Below, piece after piece: positions 40,505 to 51,240 of a stretch of DNA of 64,000 nucleotides. The notes beneath the pieces were generated by a model. The model worked only from the letters and a program-made list of their open reading frames with translations, ran no database searches and was not told the origin of the DNA. Made by a program: the position numbers and the translations under genes. The DNA is from a bacterium (GTDB lineage: Bacteria > SZUA-182 > DTGQ01 > JAFGSM01): contig JBLIRO010000011.1 of the NCBI GenBank assembly GCA_049472335.1, positions 5,084 through 69,083 of the forward strand, given 5' to 3'. The first letter of the stretch is position 1. Every line of letters starts with the position of its first letter.

Positions 40505-40879
40505 TTAAAGGAGGGGAAATGCGTCTTTTATCAACTCAACAGTCCACCCGGATCGAGGATTACACGATACAGAAACGACATCAAAACGGCATATCTCTTG
40601 ACCCTCTTTTTTACCCAAGGCCGTTAAATAATAGAGGGCGATCTTAATAAGCTTTTGCTGCTTGTGATAATCAACGGCTTCTTCAGGGGCTCCGAAACGT
40701 CCGCTTGCTCTGGTTTTCACCTCCACAAAGGCCAATACCCCTTTTTCTTTTGCAATTATATCAACCTCTCCAAAAGGACAACGATAATTCTTTGCTTCTA
40801 TTGAATATCCCAGTTTTATCAGGTGGGACAAAGCCACCTGTTCCCCTTTTTTACCTAAGAGCTGTTTTCTGCTAAGCAA
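40505..40879 (-). CDS. yraN: YraN family putative endonuclease
   Basis: GKKGE, NYRCPFGEVDII, FVEVKTR, RFDVV. Confidence 0.9.
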   Translation of the reverse strand: MLSRKQLLGKKGEQVALSHLIKLGYSIEAKNYRCPFGEVDIIAKEKGVLAFVEVKTRASGRFGAPEEAVDYHKQQKLIKIALYYLTALGKKEGQEICRFDVVSVSCNPRSGWTVELIKDAFPLL

Positions 40880-41502
40880 AATTCTTTCACCCTCTTAAAA
40901 CTCCTACGGTGAAGAGGACAAGGCCCAACACTGGCAAGTGCATCAAGATGTTCTTGTGTGCCATATCCCTTATTACTCTCAAAATTATATTCAGGATATT
41001 CTAGGTGAAATTTTTTCATTAGCCGGTCGCGTACTACCTTAGCCACAATGGATGCCGCTGCAATGGAATAACATTTCTGGTCACCTTTAATAATAGACTT
41101 CTGGGGAATATTACAGGTATCCGGAATAGAAAGGGCATCGATAAGAAGGAACTCTGGTTTTACAACCAATTTATTCAAGGCGTCGCGCATGGCCTGAATA
41201 GTGCTCTGCAGAATGTTGATACGGTCTATCAAATCCTGGCCTACTAATCCGATCCCAATATCAATGGCCCGGTTAATAATCTTAAAAAATACCTTTTCTC
41301 TTTTGGCCGGTGAAAGGCCCTTAGAATCAAACACACCTTCAATCGGAGCCCCAAGAGGTAGAACCACTGCCGCGGCTACAACAGGTCCGGCAAGAGGGCC
41401 CCGACCTGCTTCGTCCAGTCCGGCTACCAGTCCACACCCTTGAGGCAGGATATCTCTCTCAAATTCAAACAATTTTTTCGAGGTATTATCAAAATTTGTC
41501 AT
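40855..41502 (-). CDS. rnhB: Ribonuclease HII
   Basis: GLDEAGRGPLAGPVVAAAV, DSK, SIAAASIVAKV.RD, KGYGT. Confidence 0.95.
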   Translation of the reverse strand: MTNFDNTSKKLFEFERDILPQGCGLVAGLDEAGRGPLAGPVVAAAVVLPLGAPIEGVFDSKGLSPAKREKVFFKIINRAIDIGIGLVGQDLIDRINILQSTIQAMRDALNKLVVKPEFLLIDALSIPDTCNIPQKSIIKGDQKCYSIAAASIVAKVVRDRLMKKFHLEYPEYNFESNKGYGTQEHLDALASVGPCPLHRRSFKRVKEFCLAENSS

Positions 41503-41577
41503 CTGGATTATCTCTCATAAAAAATATCAGGGGAAAAAATACGTGTAAAATAAAAAAGTCATTTAAGGAGTGCATAT

Positions 41578-41928
41578 TTATGTAGTCTTGCGCAACTCCT
41601 TGACCCTGGCCTTTTTACCAACCCTGCTCCTTAAATAAAAAAGTTTTGCCCTTCTCACTCGTCCGCTTCGTACAACTTCAATTTTGTCAATAATCCTGGA
41701 ATGAAGGGGGAAAATCCTTTCTACACCGACACCGTAAGACACCTTACGCACTGTAAAGGTGCTCCTGGCTTTTCCCTTATGAATGCCGATAACAATCCCT
41801 TCGAACACCTGAATCCTTTGTCTGTTCCCTTCTATAAGCTTTACATGAACCCTGACGGTATCCCCGGGCCTGAATTCGATCAAATCTGTCTTTATTTGAT
41901 CCTGTTCAACAATGGTCAATAAATCCAT
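41578..41928 (-). CDS. rplS: 50S ribosomal protein L19
   Basis: [35 protein letters not shown]. Confidence 0.97.
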   Translation of the reverse strand: MDLLTIVEQDQIKTDLIEFRPGDTVRVHVKLIEGNRQRIQVFEGIVIGIHKGKARSTFTVRKVSYGVGVERIFPLHSRIIDKIEVVRSGRVRRAKLFYLRSRVGKKARVKELRKTT

Positions 41929-41980
41929 TTATAAATCCTCCGTTATAAGCTCTTAATTTGGTTACTGAACCAGTCTTACT

Positions 41981-42535
41981 TTATCCTAGGAGCCGGTCCA
42001 GGGTAATGGCCACTGCAGCCCTTACCGAAAGGTGATTATAATCGCCGGGACCATGGATTGGCTCCAATGCAATGTCTGCGATTTGCAAAATTTCCTCTGT
42101 CAATCCCCAGCCAGTACCAAACAATATAAGCCAGGGAATATTGCCGGGCGCCATTTCCTCCCTCAGACTTAAAAAACGTGTTTTTTCTTTATTTTGAGGC
42201 CTTGCGCAGGTTACAACGATGGAAGGCCTGAGTCCCTCCTCTTTTTCTATTCCATTGATACAATCCGCAAGAGAGGAACATATACGGATGGTGTCTAAAG
42301 CGAAACCCCGGGTAGGATTATAAGTAGCCCCATACCCTGACTTCCAGTGCTGAATAATAGTATTTATCAAAGACTGTTGTCTGGGGATAGGGGTTATAAA
42401 AAAAAAAGACTTCAGCCCATAGGTTTTCGCCGTTCTGGAAATATCATGAATACTTGAAGTAGTAATAGATGTTACAATAACCTCCTTATTTTTGTTATAG
42501 ACAGGATAATGCACAAGGGCGGAATAAACCTTCAA
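41981..42535 (-). CDS. SPOUT-class RNA methyltransferase (trmD-associated)
   Basis: LVHYPV, HDISR, LFGTGWGL, YNHLSVRAA. Confidence 0.85.
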   Translation of the reverse strand: MKVYSALVHYPVYNKNKEVIVTSITTSSIHDISRTAKTYGLKSFFFITPIPRQQSLINTIIQHWKSGYGATYNPTRGFALDTIRICSSLADCINGIEKEEGLRPSIVVTCARPQNKEKTRFLSLREEMAPGNIPWLILFGTGWGLTEEILQIADIALEPIHGPGDYNHLSVRAAVAITLDRLLG

Positions 42536-43305
42536 TCAGCGCCCCCCCTTTTTTTATCATCTGAAAAGACATCGGGAATTTCTACCCCGCTTTGTTTTAA
42601 CCATTCAATGTCATCAGGTGACAAATTATTCCACTCAATCAGATCCGGCCTGTTTTTAGCAGTTTTAAAAAGCGAACTCTTAATTCTCCACTGTTTTATA
42701 TTCTCATGGTTACCTGACAAAAGAACACTAGGGACCTCCCAACCAAGATAATTTGCCGGTCTCGTATATTGAGGATACTCCAAAAACTCCTGATTAAAGG
42801 ATTCTTCGGTTAATGAATCACCGCTTCCCAACACACCAGGAATAAATCTGACCATGGCTTCCATTAGCACCATGGACGGTATCTCTCCTCCTGTGAGCAC
42901 ATAATCTCCTATAGATATCTCTTCATCAACCAGGTGCTCTCTTACCCTTTCATCCACTCCTTCGTACCTTCCGCAAATCATTAAAATAGAAGTCTCTGAC
43001 GCCAATAGTCTAGCCAGCCTTGCATTCAGCACCCTGCCTTGAGGAGATAGAAGTATGCGTTTTTGTGCACCTTCTTTTGAAGTTATATCAGTAATGGCAG
43101 CATGGATAGGCTCAACCTTCATTACCATCCCGGCCCCTCCTCCGAAAGGGACATCATCCACTGAACGATGGCGGTCTATTGTGTAATACCTCAGATCATG
43201 GATCTTAACAGTCAACAGGCCCTTTTCCAGTGCTTTTTTCATCATACCGCAGGATAAAAAAGCAGGAAATAGTTCAGGGAAAATGGTCAGGATATTAATT
43301 CTCAT
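42532..43305 (-). CDS. trmD: tRNA (guanine-N1)-methyltransferase
   Basis: VDDVPFGGGAGMV, CGRYEGVDER, SIGDYVLTGGE, EYPQYTRP. Confidence 0.97.
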   Translation of the reverse strand: MRINILTIFPELFPAFLSCGMMKKALEKGLLTVKIHDLRYYTIDRHRSVDDVPFGGGAGMVMKVEPIHAAITDITSKEGAQKRILLSPQGRVLNARLARLLASETSILMICGRYEGVDERVREHLVDEEISIGDYVLTGGEIPSMVLMEAMVRFIPGVLGSGDSLTEESFNQEFLEYPQYTRPANYLGWEVPSVLLSGNHENIKQWRIKSSLFKTAKNRPDLIEWNNLSPDDIEWLKQSGVEIPDVFSDDKKRGGAD

Positions 43306-43308
43306 TTA

Positions 43309-43818
43309 TCAATCAATCAACCCCTCCAAAAGATGAACTATTAATACCTTCCTCTCTAAATCTATTACCTTTATGACTTCTTTGATTGCAGGCAGAAGAT
43401 ATTCCTTTTCCCCCTTTTTTACGACATACACATCATTGCTGCCTGTTGATAATATATCTGCTACCTTACCAAGGGATTCCCCTTCTTCAGTGATAACATC
43501 CAAGCCCTCTATCTGAAATCTGTAATATTCCCCCTCTTTCAAAGGCCAGAGGTCTTTTGAATCGATTTTCACTTCCGCGCCGATCCACTCTTCCGCTATT
43601 GAACGGTTTCTGCATTGCATAAACTTTATAAGAATATGTCCCTTGTGAAACCTGGTCTGTTCAACTATTGTTTTTGTGATCCGGTCCTTGACAAGAAAAA
43701 CCCCCTTCAAGGATTTAAAATGCTGGGGGAAATCTGTCAGAGGCAATACCTTCAGGGTCCCGTCAATACCATGAGGCCCGATCACCCGGCCAATTGTTAT
43801 AAGATCCACAGATATCAA
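43309..43818 (-). CDS. rimM: 16S rRNA processing protein RimM
   Basis: IGRVIGPHGIDG, GSNDVYVV, LLPAI; operon position. Confidence 0.93.
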   Translation of the reverse strand: MISVDLITIGRVIGPHGIDGTLKVLPLTDFPQHFKSLKGVFLVKDRITKTIVEQTRFHKGHILIKFMQCRNRSIAEEWIGAEVKIDSKDLWPLKEGEYYRFQIEGLDVITEEGESLGKVADILSTGSNDVYVVKKGEKEYLLPAIKEVIKVIDLERKVLIVHLLEGLID

Positions 43819-43907
43819 AGCTCATTTAAGTTCAAGCATTATAGGTTGTTGTCTAATCTCATCATAATCCCCAGGATTATCATTATGAAAAACCTTAAAA
43901 TCCTCTT

Positions 43908-44138
43908 TCACTCCAGAATCTCCAGGACGGCCCTCTTTCCTATCTTTGTTGCTGCTGCACTTAAAATCGTCCTCATAGCCCTTGCTGTTTGTCCCTGTTT
44001 GCCAATAACCTTCCCCAAATCGGATTTGGCAACGCGTAATTCCAGCACAGTGGTTCGCTCCCCATCAACCTCTGCTACACTTACTTCATCAGGAAAATCC
44101 ACAAGTGCTTTTGCAATAAGTTCAATTAGTTCTCTCAT
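43908..44138 (-). CDS. khpA: KH domain RNA-binding protein
   Basis: [17 protein letters not shown]; between rpsP and rimM. Confidence 0.92.
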   Translation of the reverse strand: MRELIELIAKALVDFPDEVSVAEVDGERTTVLELRVAKSDLGKVIGKQGQTARAMRTILSAAATKIGKRAVLEILE

Positions 44139-44208
44139 TCCCCATTTTCCTCCATAACTGGTTAATGGATATGCCTAGAAAGAATTGGAATTTCTACCTC
44201 GATTAAAA

Positions 44209-44466
44209 TCACTGGGTTTTAGAGACCGCTAAGCTTGCTTTTTTTAAAAGAGTCTTCACTGTTTCAGATGGAATGACTCCCTTATTTATCCAAGAGTTAG
44301 CCTTTTCCAGATCGATATTGATTTCAGCCGGATACTTAATCGGATCATAATAGCCGACCTGTTCAATGTTTTTTCCATCCCGTTTCCAACTGGAATCGAC
44401 AACAACGATTCGATAAAACGGCCTCTTTTTAGAACCCAATCGGGTTAATCTCATTTTGACTGGCAA
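44209..44466 (-). CDS. rpsP: 30S ribosomal protein S16
   Basis: VKMRLTRLGSKKRPFYRIVV, RDG, GYYDP; TTG start at 44466 behind GGAGGTG. Confidence 0.95.
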   Translation of the reverse strand: MPVKMRLTRLGSKKRPFYRIVVVDSSWKRDGKNIEQVGYYDPIKYPAEINIDLEKANSWINKGVIPSETVKTLLKKASLAVSKTQ

Positions 44467-44473
44467 ACAATTT

Positions 44474-45820
44474 TCACCTCCTTTTAATAGATTTAAGTCT
44501 CTTACCAAATCCGCCTCCTAATCCAAATCCCATCCTCTTCATTTTCTTTATATTCTTGCGCATAAGATGGAACTGATTTAGGAGGCGGCTCACCTCCTGG
44601 ATGGAGGTGCCACTCCCCATTGCTATCCTCCTCTTCCTGCTGGCATTGATTATTTGATAATCACGTCTTTCTTTAAGGGTCATAGAATCAATTATCGCTT
44701 CTAGATGGACAAATTTGCTTTCATCCATGTCAATCCCTTTTAGCCCCAATTTATTGGCACCCGGAATCATATTGATTAATTGATCCAAAGGCCCCATAGT
44801 CTTTATCTGTCTTAATTGTTGACGGAAGTCCTCTAAAGTGTATGCATCCCTCTGAAGTTTCCGTTCCAGGGCTAGTGCCTCTTCTTGAGAATATATTTCC
44901 TGTGCTTTGTCAATAAGGGTAAGGACATCTCCCATGCCCAAAATCCGTGAGGCCATTCTGTCAGGGAAAAATGGCTCCAAAAGGTCCAATTTTTCTCCCG
45001 TGCCAATAAATTTAATCGGCTTGCCAGTTACCTCACGTATTGAAAGCGCCGCTCCACCCCTGGCATCTCCGTCCATTTTAGTTAGTATGATGCTGTCTAT
45101 TCCGACCTTCTGGTCAAAATCTTTTGCTATATTAACCGCATCCTGACCGGTCATGGCATCTGCCACCAAAATAACTTCATGAGGCAGGATAGTCTTTTTT
45201 ATCCGGACCAATTCATCCATAAGCTCTTCATCCACATGAAGCCTTCCGGCGGTATCTATAATAACAGGATTGAATCCGTTTGAAGAAGACCATTTATATG
45301 CATCCTTGCACACCTTTTCAGCGCTGGTCGCATCCTGGTCTAAAAAACAATCTATGCCCAGGCTGTCACTTAAAAACTTCAGTTGCTCCCTTGCGGCCGG
45401 TCTCTGAACATCAGCGGCAACCATAAGAGGACGGTACCCTTCCTTCTTGTACATCCTGGCAAGCTTTCCTGCCGTGGTTGTCTTACCCGAGCCGTTCAAT
45501 CCTACCATCATAATCAACATGGGCGGGTTTGCGGGCATCTGAAGCTTGCTTTGCTGCCCCCCCATTAATTCGGTAAGTTCCTGATTAACTATCTTTATAA
45601 TCTGCTGCCCTGGAGTCAGACTTTTAAGGACTTCCTCCCCGATTGCCTTTTCCCTGATTTTTTCTATAAATCCTTTGACGACCAGATAATTTACGTCCGC
45701 TTCCAACAGGGCGAGCCTAACCTCTCTTAAGGCATCTGCTATGTTCTTCTCTGTGAGCTTTCCCTGTCCTTTCAGCTTCTTTAAAATACTCTGCAACTTA
45801 TCCGTAAGGGAATCAAACAT
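44474..45820 (-). CDS. ffh: Signal recognition particle protein Ffh
   Basis: ALLEADV, GSGKTTT, DTAGR, TKMDGDARGG, Met-rich M domain. Confidence 0.97.
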   Translation of the reverse strand: MFDSLTDKLQSILKKLKGQGKLTEKNIADALREVRLALLEADVNYLVVKGFIEKIREKAIGEEVLKSLTPGQQIIKIVNQELTELMGGQQSKLQMPANPPMLIMMVGLNGSGKTTTAGKLARMYKKEGYRPLMVAADVQRPAAREQLKFLSDSLGIDCFLDQDATSAEKVCKDAYKWSSSNGFNPVIIDTAGRLHVDEELMDELVRIKKTILPHEVILVADAMTGQDAVNIAKDFDQKVGIDSIILTKMDGDARGGAALSIREVTGKPIKFIGTGEKLDLLEPFFPDRMASRILGMGDVLTLIDKAQEIYSQEEALALERKLQRDAYTLEDFRQQLRQIKTMGPLDQLINMIPGANKLGLKGIDMDESKFVHLEAIIDSMTLKERRDYQIINASRKRRIAMGSGTSIQEVSRLLNQFHLMRKNIKKMKRMGFGLGGGFGKRLKSIKRR

Positions 45821-45961
45821 ACTTTGCTTTCTTATCCTCTATTAATCAAAAAATTATCTCAATATAGTACAAATATTTTAACATTCGAACTTGAAATTTT
45901 ATTAAAATTTTTCATTTTTGTCAATATCATAACACTATCAAATTCTTATTATCCCGGACAC

Positions 45962-46672
45962 TTATTCAAACTCCCGGTCATCATTAAGAATTGATTTATT
46001 CAGATCGAGCATCTTGACACCCGAGATATATTCCATACTTATTACCCTTGTGGCGTTTGAGAGTTTGCTTATAACCTGCTTTATACGATCTACTTCCTTC
46101 AGGATTATATCGATCTTACGAAGAACCGAATCATCAGAGCTATTTATATGGGTCTTTAACATTTCAGCATTAGCAGAAATCGAGCATAGCGGATTATTGA
46201 TTTCATGATTAACACTGACAGCTATCTGAGCCAAGGTCTCCAGTTTTCTGGCTTCTATCAATTGCTTTTGAAGTTCCCGAAGCTTTAAAAGTGATTCTAC
46301 CCTGGTTAAAAGCTCCACATAATAAATTGGTTTTGTAATGTAATCGTCAGCCCCGAGCTTGAGTCCTTGGATTCTGTCCTTCATGGTATCCCTGCAGGTA
46401 ACCATAATGAGAGGGATCATGCTGGTTTCGTCGGATTCCTTCAATTTTTTACATACAGCGAATCCATCCATCTTGGGCAAAGCCAGATCCAGCAATATGA
46501 GATCGGGGGAATCTTCAAATGCCATTTTAAGGGCTTCCTGCCCATTTTCTGCAGATATTACATTATATCCGTATGTGTTCAAGATCTTTTTAAAAAGATG
46601 CAGGATATCCTTATTGTCGTCCACCACAAGGATTTTTTTATTCTTAATGATATCTTCAATCTTCATAGACAT
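45962..46672 (-). CDS. REC-HisKA protein without ATPase domain
   Basis: DLILLDLALPKMDG (Asp intact), GADDYITKP, NHEINNPL, short tail. Confidence 0.8.
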   Translation of the reverse strand: MSMKIEDIIKNKKILVVDDNKDILHLFKKILNTYGYNVISAENGQEALKMAFEDSPDLILLDLALPKMDGFAVCKKLKESDETSMIPLIMVTCRDTMKDRIQGLKLGADDYITKPIYYVELLTRVESLLKLRELQKQLIEARKLETLAQIAVSVNHEINNPLCSISANAEMLKTHINSSDDSVLRKIDIILKEVDRIKQVISKLSNATRVISMEYISGVKMLDLNKSILNDDREFE

Positions 46673-47816
46673 CTTTCAATTGCCCTCTGATCAATAAATC
46701 TCTCCTTTTATCCCCCGGATAAAGGATTGTTAAAGTTGGATAGAAAACGACAAAATCCTGATGAAAAGATGTCCTGATTTGTCCCCCAAAACTACTATTA
46801 TCTCCGAGGGCTATATGTATAGTGCCAAGGATCTTTTCCGATTCAAGGATGTTGTCAGGTCTTGTAGCCCTGTCATTTGTGCCGATACCCAGCTCCGCAA
46901 TATTTCTGTAGTTTTGGTCCCTTTCCAAAAACTTCTCCAACTCAGCGGCATAAGGATCATTACCCGAAACCCTTATGACTTCTCCCTTTTCAACAAAGAG
47001 CGTCACTGGCTTCTCCAGCCTCCATGTGGGAGCGAATTCGAGCACCAGTTTGCCGTTTGCCGCTTCTGGTTCAGGAGGCATAAAGACCTCACCGGCAGGA
47101 AGATTGCCGAAGGAGCCGGGTTCTGTCAGGAGGCCCGTATCTTCATGTATGGGAATATCTTTTATCCCTAGACTTAGATTAGTACCATTAGGTGTATCTA
47201 TCAAGACCTCTTCGGCATCCCTGAATAAAGACGCTATCTTTTTCGTCCTCTCAGCAATCTTTTTCCAATCCGCTGTAACTGTTACCGAGAGCATTTCGTG
47301 GTCAAAGAGAGGCATACTGGCATATCTTACCTGAAAAAGATTGGTTGAAAACTCCCTGAATCTTGTATGTGTACTGGAATAATAGGACATTCCAATTATG
47401 ACATCGGTTTTCACAGAGCAAAAATCAAGTAGTATCCGTTTTACCCTATCCACCTCAACCTTGCCCAACGATTTGCTCATAAGATTATTCCACAGGCCTT
47501 CTTTTTTAAGTTTTTCAACCGCCTCAAACCCGAATGCAGCTATCCAGAGCACTTCAGGCGGCTCCTTGCCATGTCCTCCGGTGGCATCAAATATAGCCTC
47601 ATTGACTTTTACGCCGGAAGGCGCCCTCTCGACTATCAATCTGAACAGCTCCAACAGTTCCCTTCTTTTCTCTGATTGATCATGAGATACATTTTCTTCC
47701 TGGCTTACCCGATCCGTAAAGACCAGGACGGTTTCACCTGGTTTTACACCTAAATTATGGTAATATAGTCTTTCAATACCCTTTCCGAGGTCTTCGTTAT
47801 TCATTTTCTTTATCAA
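46656..47816 (-). CDS. Aminopeptidase (M29/thermophilic metalloprotease-like)
   Basis: NLPAGEVF, IAELGIGTN, ESEKILGTIHIALG, HQD. Confidence 0.8.
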   Translation of the reverse strand: MIKKMNNEDLGKGIERLYYHNLGVKPGETVLVFTDRVSQEENVSHDQSEKRRELLELFRLIVERAPSGVKVNEAIFDATGGHGKEPPEVLWIAAFGFEAVEKLKKEGLWNNLMSKSLGKVEVDRVKRILLDFCSVKTDVIIGMSYYSSTHTRFREFSTNLFQVRYASMPLFDHEMLSVTVTADWKKIAERTKKIASLFRDAEEVLIDTPNGTNLSLGIKDIPIHEDTGLLTEPGSFGNLPAGEVFMPPEPEAANGKLVLEFAPTWRLEKPVTLFVEKGEVIRVSGNDPYAAELEKFLERDQNYRNIAELGIGTNDRATRPDNILESEKILGTIHIALGDNSSFGGQIRTSFHQDFVVFYPTLTILYPGDKRRDLLIRGQLKDVYED

Positions 47817-48152
47817 GATGAAACCGCTTAATGATTTCTGGATTATGAGTAATTATTATAGAATATAAAATTTTAAGGGCAATCATATAAAAAAATTATC
47901 CTATTGATTAAATTTACACTGATAGGGCTATTAAGTCAAACTTTATTTGGGTACTTATTTTTCCTAAAAAGGGTGGTTGATAAAAACATGAAAAAACTGA
48001 TACAATTGGATCTGTTATCCAGTTATGTAAAAGGTTTAGATTACACAACATCTTACTTAATGATGAAATATTTTTAGATTCCATCGATTATTTTGATACT
48101 TTATTTTTTCTATTGATTATGTCTGTCATTATTAAATTATTGGAGCCAAACT

Positions 48153-49502
48153 ATGGAAAAGGATAGCGTCCCGGGAAGTGTTGAAAAGGAAAATACAAAA
48201 TGCCCCGATTCTTCAGTGGTATATGTAGAGGATATTGCAAATTATGAAGGTAAGACCGTTACATTAAGAGGATGGCTGTATAATAAGCGAACAGGGGGAA
48301 AGCTTGTTTTTCTTCAGGTTCGTGATGGTACGGGAATAATCCAGTGCGTGGTTTTCAAACCTGATGTCCCGGCAGAATTATTCGATCTTGCTGAACAGGT
48401 TACGCAAGAATCCTCTCTTATTGTTACAGGAGTTGTCAGGAAGGACAAAAGATCGCCTCTTGGGTATGAATTAGGGGTGTCCGGTTTAGAGATAATTCAG
48501 ATTGCGGATGATTATCCCATCACGCCCAAGGAACATGGTGTAGGTTTTTTGATGGAACATCGGCATCTCTGGCTGAGATCCAGCCGGCAGCATGCTATTA
48601 TGCGTATACGGCATGAGATGATAAAGTCATGCAGGGCGTTTTTCGACCAACGGGGTTTTACACTCTTGGATGCCCCTATCTTCACTCCTTCTGCGTGTGA
48701 AGGGACAACCACACTTTTTGCCACCGATTATTTCGGGGACAAGGCGTATCTGACCCAAAGCGGACAACTGTATATGGAGGCCGGGGCCATGGCATTCGGC
48801 AAGGTCTATTGTTTTGGTCCTACTTTTAGAGCGGAAAAATCAAAAACAAGAAGACATCTCACTGAATTCTGGATGATCGAGCCTGAAGTGGCATATGCAT
48901 GCCTTGAAGAGATATGTAACCTGGCAGAGGATTTTATTTGCTATATATTGGAACAGGTACTGGAAAACCGGATAAAGGATCTGGAACATCTGGAGAGAGA
49001 CACGTCATTTTTACAAAACATCGCGCCCCCGTTCCCCCGGCTGAGCTACTCTGAAGCCGTTGACTTGCTGAAGGAATCCGGACACGATATGGAATGGGGA
49101 AGTGACCTGGGAGGGGACGAGGAGACCATAGTATCCCAAATGTACAACAAACCGCTTCTTATCCATCGCTACCCTGCTCAGTGCAAAGCCTTCTATATGA
49201 AAGAGGATCCGCAGCAGCCAGGAGTCGCCTTATGCGTGGATGTTCTTGCCCCGGAAGGATATGGTGAAATAATCGGCGGCGGACAGAGAGAGGACAATAT
49301 CAAGGGATTGGAAGCAAAGATCAGAAAACATAATCTGCCGGAAGAATCTTTTAAATGGTACCTGGATATAAGGCGTTATGGAAGCGTACCCCATGCGGGC
49401 TTTGGAATGGGTATAGAGAGGGCTCTTTCGTGGATCTGCGGCTTGAAGCATGTCCGGGAGACGATTCCCTTTCCCAGAATGTTATACAAGATTTACCCAT
49501 GA
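48153..49502 (+). CDS. asnS: Asparagine--tRNA ligase
   Basis: OB fold, [50 protein letters not shown]. Confidence 0.95.
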   Translation: MEKDSVPGSVEKENTKCPDSSVVYVEDIANYEGKTVTLRGWLYNKRTGGKLVFLQVRDGTGIIQCVVFKPDVPAELFDLAEQVTQESSLIVTGVVRKDKRSPLGYELGVSGLEIIQIADDYPITPKEHGVGFLMEHRHLWLRSSRQHAIMRIRHEMIKSCRAFFDQRGFTLLDAPIFTPSACEGTTTLFATDYFGDKAYLTQSGQLYMEAGAMAFGKVYCFGPTFRAEKSKTRRHLTEFWMIEPEVAYACLEEICNLAEDFICYILEQVLENRIKDLEHLERDTSFLQNIAPPFPRLSYSEAVDLLKESGHDMEWGSDLGGDEETIVSQMYNKPLLIHRYPAQCKAFYMKEDPQQPGVALCVDVLAPEGYGEIIGGGQREDNIKGLEAKIRKHNLPEESFKWYLDIRRYGSVPHAGFGMGIERALSWICGLKHVRETIPFPRMLYKIYP

Positions 49503-49996
49503 CAAGGTCTCCCACTGAAATTAAATCCATCCTGGAGGAGGTGATGGAGTCCTCCAAATTTAGGAACAGATGGGCAGAACATCTTATTCAGTCAAAGTGG
49601 GAAAGCTGGGTCGGCAACAAAATCGCACAACACATAAGGCCCAATGGCCTCAAAGATGAACAACTAACAGTAATCATTGACGACGAAAGATGGGCAAGCT
49701 CCTTTGACGGATTCAAAGACAAGATCCTTGAAAATATGAGAAAGGATCTGGATTCCATATCAATTAAGGAATTTAATGTAATGGTCGATAAAAAAAGGCC
49801 CGGCCCAAAAACCCCAAAAAAAAGGATAAAAGAAAAGGCTAAAAATGAAAAGGCCTCATCAAAGGTTCAAACATCAAGCCCTGCTCAGTCATTAGATAAA
49901 GAGACGGAGAAGGATTTGAATTCTATAAAAGATCCCGGAGTAAGAGAGGCTTTAAAAAGGTTAATCATAAAGGACATGACCTCTAAGAATAATTAA
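49499..49996 (+). CDS. DUF721/DciA-like protein
   Basis: ATGA overlap with the asnS stop; W..VG..IA.H.RP and L.V...WA motifs; Lys-rich tail. Confidence 0.65.
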   Translation: MTRSPTEIKSILEEVMESSKFRNRWAEHLIQSKWESWVGNKIAQHIRPNGLKDEQLTVIIDDERWASSFDGFKDKILENMRKDLDSISIKEFNVMVDKKRPGPKTPKKRIKEKAKNEKASSKVQTSSPAQSLDKETEKDLNSIKDPGVREALKRLIIKDMTSKNN

Positions 49997-51155
49997 GATC
50001 GCCAGTCACTATCCTTTGCTTCTTTCCTGAAACGATGATCGCTCCTAACCCCAGTAAAATGGTAGCCACAGTGACGAAAAATCCCAGGAATGGAATTAAC
50101 CTCAAAAGGTTTAGTATGAAAAGCCCCAGCGCCAGAGCGCAAAACATCATGAATTTTTTCTCCACTTTATAAAACCGGCCAATAATCAAACTCCCGATAA
50201 ATAAACCAACAGGGATTTGACTGAGATAAACGGCAATCCCATAAATAGCCAGAGCAATGAATACCAAAGGTATACCTATAATAGTGAAGAACACGGTCAA
50301 TGCGGCGGGAGGTATTGCAAACAGAATAACAGCCCCCCACCCAAGGCTTGTCCAGGGGCTAATGCCTATTGATTCTGAAATGGACCTCAACAGCTTCGGT
50401 GCTAGCAGTATAATAACCAATCCTGTTATTAGTGCCATTAAAAAAAACAATATCCTTGGTATTATCAGTAAGAAGACGGCCACCGGGGCACCTTTTCTTT
50501 TTGCTTTTACTATGGGGAGCTTATGAGTGACAGAGCCCTCGATAAGTGCGCCTTCCTGAATGTTGGCCTCTTTCTCACTTATATAAGTAAAATCCCCTTT
50601 AATATCCGACGAAGGCGACAATGTTATCTCCCCGGCCCTGAGTTTAACATTCCCTTTTATGACATCGCCGATATGAATCATACCGCTCCCCCCTAAAACG
50701 TCTGAGCCGATTAACCCGTCAATTCTTGTCCTTCCGGCGCCAAAAAGGAGGTCACCTTTAATAGAAGCTGTTCCGGCTATATTGACTTCAGCGGCACCGG
50801 CTATAACATCTCCATCAATATCACTGCTTATATGGAGAGATCTACAGGCTGCCCTTATAGTATGCACGGAATGAGCGCTAATATTTATTGATTCAGCGGC
50901 CGCCAGAATGCTGCCCTTTACTTCACCACTGATAATAATTGCTTTACCAAAAGCCCAAAGGTCGCCATTAATAACCCCGTCAATAAGAAGAACTTCACCG
51001 GCTATATAAAGATCGTCATCCACAACCTCTCCACTGGCGATAGTTACGTTGTCTCCCCTGCGGAACTCAAATGCCGGGGATGGCGTCCCAGAAAATATCA
51101 ACAACAAAAAAAATATCGAGAAAAGTACCAAACTCGCTATGAATTGTTTTGACAT
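49983..51155 (-). CDS. Membrane protein with beta-helical (bactofilin-like) repeats
   Basis: Signal peptide, repeated I.G.V.GD units, multi-TM C terminus with TIIGIP. Confidence 0.7.
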   Translation of the reverse strand: MSKQFIASLVLFSIFFLLLIFSGTPSPAFEFRRGDNVTIASGEVVDDDLYIAGEVLLIDGVINGDLWAFGKAIIISGEVKGSILAAAESINISAHSVHTIRAACRSLHISSDIDGDVIAGAAEVNIAGTASIKGDLLFGAGRTRIDGLIGSDVLGGSGMIHIGDVIKGNVKLRAGEITLSPSSDIKGDFTYISEKEANIQEGALIEGSVTHKLPIVKAKRKGAPVAVFLLIIPRILFFLMALITGLVIILLAPKLLRSISESIGISPWTSLGWGAVILFAIPPAALTVFFTIIGIPLVFIALAIYGIAVYLSQIPVGLFIGSLIIGRFYKVEKKFMMFCALALGLFILNLLRLIPFLGFFVTVATILLGLGAIIVSGKKQRIVTGDLNYS

Positions 51156-51240
51156 TTTTTCACCTCTTTTAATAGAGACAGACTCCTGTTTAGGAGTTTT
51201 TCATCCATGTCTGTGAAACTAAGATTCATTATTGTTTCAT

